Below, piece after piece: positions 60,507-64,000 of a stretch of 64,000 nucleotides of DNA. How positions within the stretch are numbered: the first letter of the stretch is position 1; every line of letters begins with the position of its first letter. Below the pieces are notes generated by a model. That model did not search any database and had not been told where the DNA came from. It saw only the letters and a list, made by a program, of their open reading frames with translations. The translations under genes were made by a program, and so were the position numbers. The stretch spans positions 2,755 through 66,754 of IMG/VR virus record IMGVR_UViG_2513237143_000002; one strand, written 5' to 3'. This stretch comes from a virus (lineage: Duplodnaviria > Caudoviricetes).

Positions 60507-61028
60507 ATGAGCGGCCCGGTCCTTTTGCAGTGGAATGGCGAGGCCTTCCAGCCGGCAAACCGGCACTGGGCCCGCGAGTGCGACAAGCGTTTCGTGGTCG
60601 GCGAGTTCTATACGCTCGCCGAGCACAACGACCGCAGTATGAATTCTCACCGGCATTATTTCGCTGCCGTGAACGATGCCTGGCGCAATTTGCCGGAGCA
60701 GTATTCAGGCCTGCCGTTCGCAGAATCCGCCGAGCACCTGCGCGCCTATGCGCTGATCCGGACCGGCTACTGCGATGCTCATACGATCGTCTGCAGCACG
60801 AAGGCGGAAGCAATGCGGCTCGCCGCCTTCATCCGTCCGATCGACGCCTTCTCCGTTGTCGACGTGAAAGAGGCGACCGTCACGCGGTACGTCGCCAAGA
60901 GCCAGTCCATGAAGGCCATGGGCAAGCAGGATTTTCAGGAAAGCAAAACGGCCGTTCTCGACTTCCTCGACGATCTGATCGGGGTTGAGCGCGGCACTAC
61001 GCAACGAAACGCAGGAGCCGCAGCATGA
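60507..61028 (+). CDS. Hypothetical recombination-module protein (NinB/DUF1367-like)
   Basis: RSMNSHRHYFA and KSQS.KAM.KQDF motifs. Confidence 0.6.
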   Translation: MSGPVLLQWNGEAFQPANRHWARECDKRFVVGEFYTLAEHNDRSMNSHRHYFAAVNDAWRNLPEQYSGLPFAESAEHLRAYALIRTGYCDAHTIVCSTKAEAMRLAAFIRPIDAFSVVDVKEATVTRYVAKSQSMKAMGKQDFQESKTAVLDFLDDLIGVERGTTQRNAGAAA

Positions 61029-61360
61029 CCGAGAACGCCCGTCTTTTGCCTGGAAGCATGTCCGAAGTGGACGCGCTGACCTGCGACGATCCGATCACGA
61101 GCCTTATCGCTCGAATGTCCGTCTCCACCGTTCATGAGAGTTTGGTCAAGTTCGTGAACTCGGAGATCCAGCGCCCCGGCGCGAACGTCGATCACATGCT
61201 CATCGGTATCGCCGCATACATGATGCAGATGCATGCGAGCTTCGCCGCGACCTTTGTCGATGCTGACCGGGCCGACGATGTTGTCGCACAGTTCCAAGCC
61301 GTTCTGGACCGGACCTACCGGGCTCACTTCGTCGACAGCGCGAAGGAGCTGGCGGCATGA
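61025..61360 (+). CDS. Hypothetical protein
   Basis: ATGA overlaps. Confidence 0.65.
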   Translation: MTENARLLPGSMSEVDALTCDDPITSLIARMSVSTVHESLVKFVNSEIQRPGANVDHMLIGIAAYMMQMHASFAATFVDADRADDVVAQFQAVLDRTYRAHFVDSAKELAA

Positions 61361-61575
61361 GCTGCAGTTACAAATGCGTCATCCCGATCGACGACGGCGT
61401 CCTCACCCTGAGCGGCGAAGGCTTCTACAGTGCTCGTGAAGCTAGGAAGGCGCTTGCCGAGCAGTTGCTCGACCACGGCTTCAGACCGCCGCGCCTCTGC
61501 GGTCTCTGGGTTCAAAAAGAGCTTCGTACCCTTCCCCGAGAAATCCTCAACCTCATGGCGGAGCTAAGCCGATGA
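61357..61575 (+). CDS. Hypothetical protein
   Basis: ATGA overlaps. Confidence 0.6.
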   Translation: MSCSYKCVIPIDDGVLTLSGEGFYSAREARKALAEQLLDHGFRPPRLCGLWVQKELRTLPREILNLMAELSR

Positions 61576-62294
61576 CCGACCGTCCTATTCTCTTCTCCGG
61601 CCCGATGGTCCGCGCGCTGCTCGACGGCCGCAAGACGCAGACGCGGCGGATCTTGAAGCCGCAACCTCCGGAGTGGGCTACGTTCTGCCAGCAGCCGACG
61701 ATGCTCAACACTCTTCAGCAGTGGGTTCCGTCCGGCCTTTGGGCTTGTGAGGACGAGCAGAGCCCGCCAAGACCGCTGCGCCGCTGGCCCGTCAATGCTG
61801 ACGGCGAGCATTATTGGCTGCGGCCGCGCTTCTCGATCGGCGACCGCCTATATGTCCGCGAGCATTGGCGTACCGCGAGCGTTCACGACAAGACGCCGCC
61901 GCGCGATCTTCATTCGAAAACGATCGTCGAGTACGTGGCTGATAACGACAATCTGACGGTCGGAAAGTTCCGTCAAGGCATGCACATGCCACGCTGGGCA
62001 TCGCGCCTTACGCTGATCGTGACCGACGTTCGCGTCGAGCGGCTGCAGGACATCAGCGAGGAGGATGCCATCGCTGAGGGCATCTTCCAGCTTGAACGCA
62101 AAGCGTGGATCGGCGGCGGCCCTCTGTACGGTTTGCACGAGGGTGAAGGCCACGACACGGCTGTCGGAGCATACAACCGGCTCTGGCGAGACATCAACGG
62201 AGACGGTTCGTGGGCAGCCAACCCTTGGGTGGCCGCTTATTCCTTCCGCGTCATCAAAGAAAATATCGATCGGATCGAGAAGGTGGCAGCATGA
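61572..62294 (+). CDS. Conserved phage protein (ASCH/PUA-like N-terminus)
   Basis: RPILFSGPMVRALLDGRKTQTRR, GDRLYVRE and MPRWASRLTL...VERLQDISEEDAIAEG motifs. Confidence 0.8.
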   Translation: MTDRPILFSGPMVRALLDGRKTQTRRILKPQPPEWATFCQQPTMLNTLQQWVPSGLWACEDEQSPPRPLRRWPVNADGEHYWLRPRFSIGDRLYVREHWRTASVHDKTPPRDLHSKTIVEYVADNDNLTVGKFRQGMHMPRWASRLTLIVTDVRVERLQDISEEDAIAEGIFQLERKAWIGGGPLYGLHEGEGHDTAVGAYNRLWRDINGDGSWAANPWVAAYSFRVIKENIDRIEKVAA

Positions 62295-62677
62295 CCGACG
62301 TCGGCACCACCAAGCGCGGCAACATGTCCCCAATGCGCCGGCTACGCATATTCGAGGCTCACGCCGGCCTCTGCTGCCTCTGCGGCGGCAGGATTGACGG
62401 CGTGCGGGAGAAGTGGACGGTTGAGCACCTTCGCGCCCTCGGCCTCGGCGGGGCGGACGATGACGCCAACTGCGGCCCCGCTCACGAGGATTGCCGGCGG
62501 CAGAAGGACAAGGCCGACGTGAAGGCGATCGCCAAGGCGAAGCGCGTCAAGGCCAAGCACCTGGGCATAGAGAAGCCGAAGTCGAGCCTGTCGCATCCGC
62601 GTTTTCGCAAACTGATGGACGGCTCTGTTGTTGACCGGCGGACCGGTGAAATTGTGAACGCGAGGGAACGGACATGA
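62291..62677 (+). CDS. HNH endonuclease
   Basis: CCLCG...VEH...LGG...N...AHEDC pattern. Confidence 0.85.
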   Translation: MTDVGTTKRGNMSPMRRLRIFEAHAGLCCLCGGRIDGVREKWTVEHLRALGLGGADDDANCGPAHEDCRRQKDKADVKAIAKAKRVKAKHLGIEKPKSSLSHPRFRKLMDGSVVDRRTGEIVNARERT

Positions 62678-63537
62678 CGGAGACTCCGCAGCAGTTCATC
62701 GACTGGTTTGTGAAGAACTATCCGGGCCCGGATACGGTCATCTTCGATCCGAAATGGCACGCCCCGAAGATTTATCGAGCCGCCATCGCGCCCGCCTATT
62801 CCGAGATCACCGAACCCTACCGCGCGTCTCTTCGAATGATCCGCGAGGCGGTCGAGACGATTTTCGGGCCGGCGGCAAACTTGGAGAGCGAGGAGGCGGA
62901 ATTGTTGCGAGGACCCGAGCCGCACCATACTGCAGAGGCAATTATCGCAGCGTTGCAGAATGTCGCCTCGCTTCCCCGAGAGCGGGGGGAAGTGAAGGAA
63001 ATAATCGCGGCTCAAGTTCAATCGGTCTGCGATTGGGACGACCGGACATCGCCGGATGACTACCCCGATCACCTGTTGATCACGCCGGAAGAACTGACGG
63101 AAATTCTGGAGAACGTAGTCGATCTCGCGACCACCCGCATCCGCTCCTGCCTTCTCGATAAGCCGGAGGCGGTAGAGACTGTAGGCGAAGCTGGAGAAAT
63201 GCCAGGATCGAACGGCGGCTTCACCATGGCCGTGTTCAAAGCAAGCGATGTTCCTCTCGGCACGAAGATCTACACGCGCCCCGCCGATATGGGCGCCGCA
63301 CAGAGCGGGGGCGGCAGCCTGAATGCGCTGATCGAGCGTTTGTTGAAGGCGCTTGAGGCTGCTGAAACGTACGTCATCGATGGCGTGACGACGGCAAAGC
63401 AGAATCTGGAGATGAACGCGGCGTATCCGGCTCGCAAGCCCCGATATGAGGCCGAATTGCAGGAGGCGCGCGATATCTATGCTGAATGCCAAGCTGCGCG
63501 CCGCGCGGCCCTCGCCGCAGCCAAGGATAAGCCATGA
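62674..63537 (+). CDS. Hypothetical mosaic protein
   Basis: Coupled ORF; no family recognised. Confidence 0.65.
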   Translation: MTETPQQFIDWFVKNYPGPDTVIFDPKWHAPKIYRAAIAPAYSEITEPYRASLRMIREAVETIFGPAANLESEEAELLRGPEPHHTAEAIIAALQNVASLPRERGEVKEIIAAQVQSVCDWDDRTSPDDYPDHLLITPEELTEILENVVDLATTRIRSCLLDKPEAVETVGEAGEMPGSNGGFTMAVFKASDVPLGTKIYTRPADMGAAQSGGGSLNALIERLLKALEAAETYVIDGVTTAKQNLEMNAAYPARKPRYEAELQEARDIYAECQAARRAALAAAKDKP

Positions 63538-63719
63538 TCCCCCACCTCACCAACGCCACTCCCGCCACGCGCGCATACTACGCCCTCTCCGAGGACATCC
63601 GCGCGAAAGCCGAGGAGCTGGTCGGTTCTCCCCGGCCGATGAGCCATCTTGAAATCCTGCTGGCGATCGGTACGGCGATCGCAAATGAGCGGGAAGCCGC
63701 GAAGCGAGGTGAAGGATGA
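63534..63719 (+). CDS. Hypothetical protein
   Basis: ATGA overlaps. Confidence 0.6.
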   Translation: MIPHLTNATPATRAYYALSEDIRAKAEELVGSPRPMSHLEILLAIGTAIANEREAAKRGEG

Positions 63720-64000
63720 GAGAGCGTCGGCCTTCCCTTGTCCCGCCGGGCAGTTGGCCGCCGCGAATGACGGCAGACATGGCAGCGGGATATTGCGGCG
63801 AAAAGCACGTCGAGGATTTCCTCGAGCGCGTCGGAACGACCTATCCGAACCCGCGCATCGTTGACAGCACGCGACGGAAGTTCTGGTATCGTGAGGATCT
63901 GGACCGGGCGATGAACCTCGGCACATCGACGATGTCCTCAGGATTGGGAGCGAAGTTCCGTGAGAAGATCAGGGAAAAGCGGAACAGTGGAACTGCCTAA
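63716..64000 (+). CDS. Excisionase-like protein
   Basis: PPRMTADMAAGYCG...YPNP...KFWYREDLDRAM; last gene of the early operon. Confidence 0.7.
   Translation: MRERRPSLVPPGSWPPRMTADMAAGYCGEKHVEDFLERVGTTYPNPRIVDSTRRKFWYREDLDRAMNLGTSTMSSGLGAKFREKIREKRNSGTA

Larger units (their letters stand above)
10773..64000. mobile_element. Siphovirus-like prophage, truncated by the right window edge
   Basis: Lysis, tail, head, packaging, replication, immunity and recombination modules in lambdoid order; excisionase-like gene at the edge. Confidence 0.95.

Noticed and set aside
63987-64000. Start of the prophage integrase (GTG GAA CTG CCT...)
   Set aside because: Plausible by synteny, but only 14 nt are visible.

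Overview
The window is almost entirely mobile DNA from an alphaproteobacterium, probably Rhizobiaceae (inferred from gene content such as GcrA, a GapR/DUF2312 domain and a GAAC-N7-GAAC LexA box). Two elements sit in tandem at the 3' half of a tRNA-Lys(CTT), marked by identical 46-bp att cores at 114-159 and 10773-10818. (1) A roughly 10.7-kb phage-satellite-like island carries an integrase, a VapE helicase with an iteron origin, a lone HK97-type capsid gene, and candidate defence genes (DpnI-like nuclease, Abi-alpha). (2) A siphovirus-like prophage of at least 53 kb runs off the right edge: morons/ligD, lysis, an immI-like antirepressor module, tail, head, terminase, tRNA-CAT, NusG-like, GcrA, DNA-modification genes, replication, cro/cI, recombination and excisionase. 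The most striking feature is at about 18130-19450. A Cas7/RAMP-like gene with no other cas genes and a partner gene are followed by a hairpin-flanked non-coding tract of 5-nt periodic GGY-NN units. This looks like a phage-encoded RNA-guided system; it matches my recollection of VIPR-type systems, which I cannot verify here. Other highlights are a DpdA/TGT-like gene coupled to a VUT/YhhQ transporter, the P22-immI-like Arc/Mnt switch controlling the Cas7-like operon, a ligD 3' remnant, and several frameshifts. All family assignments come from motif recognition by eye; no database searches were run.
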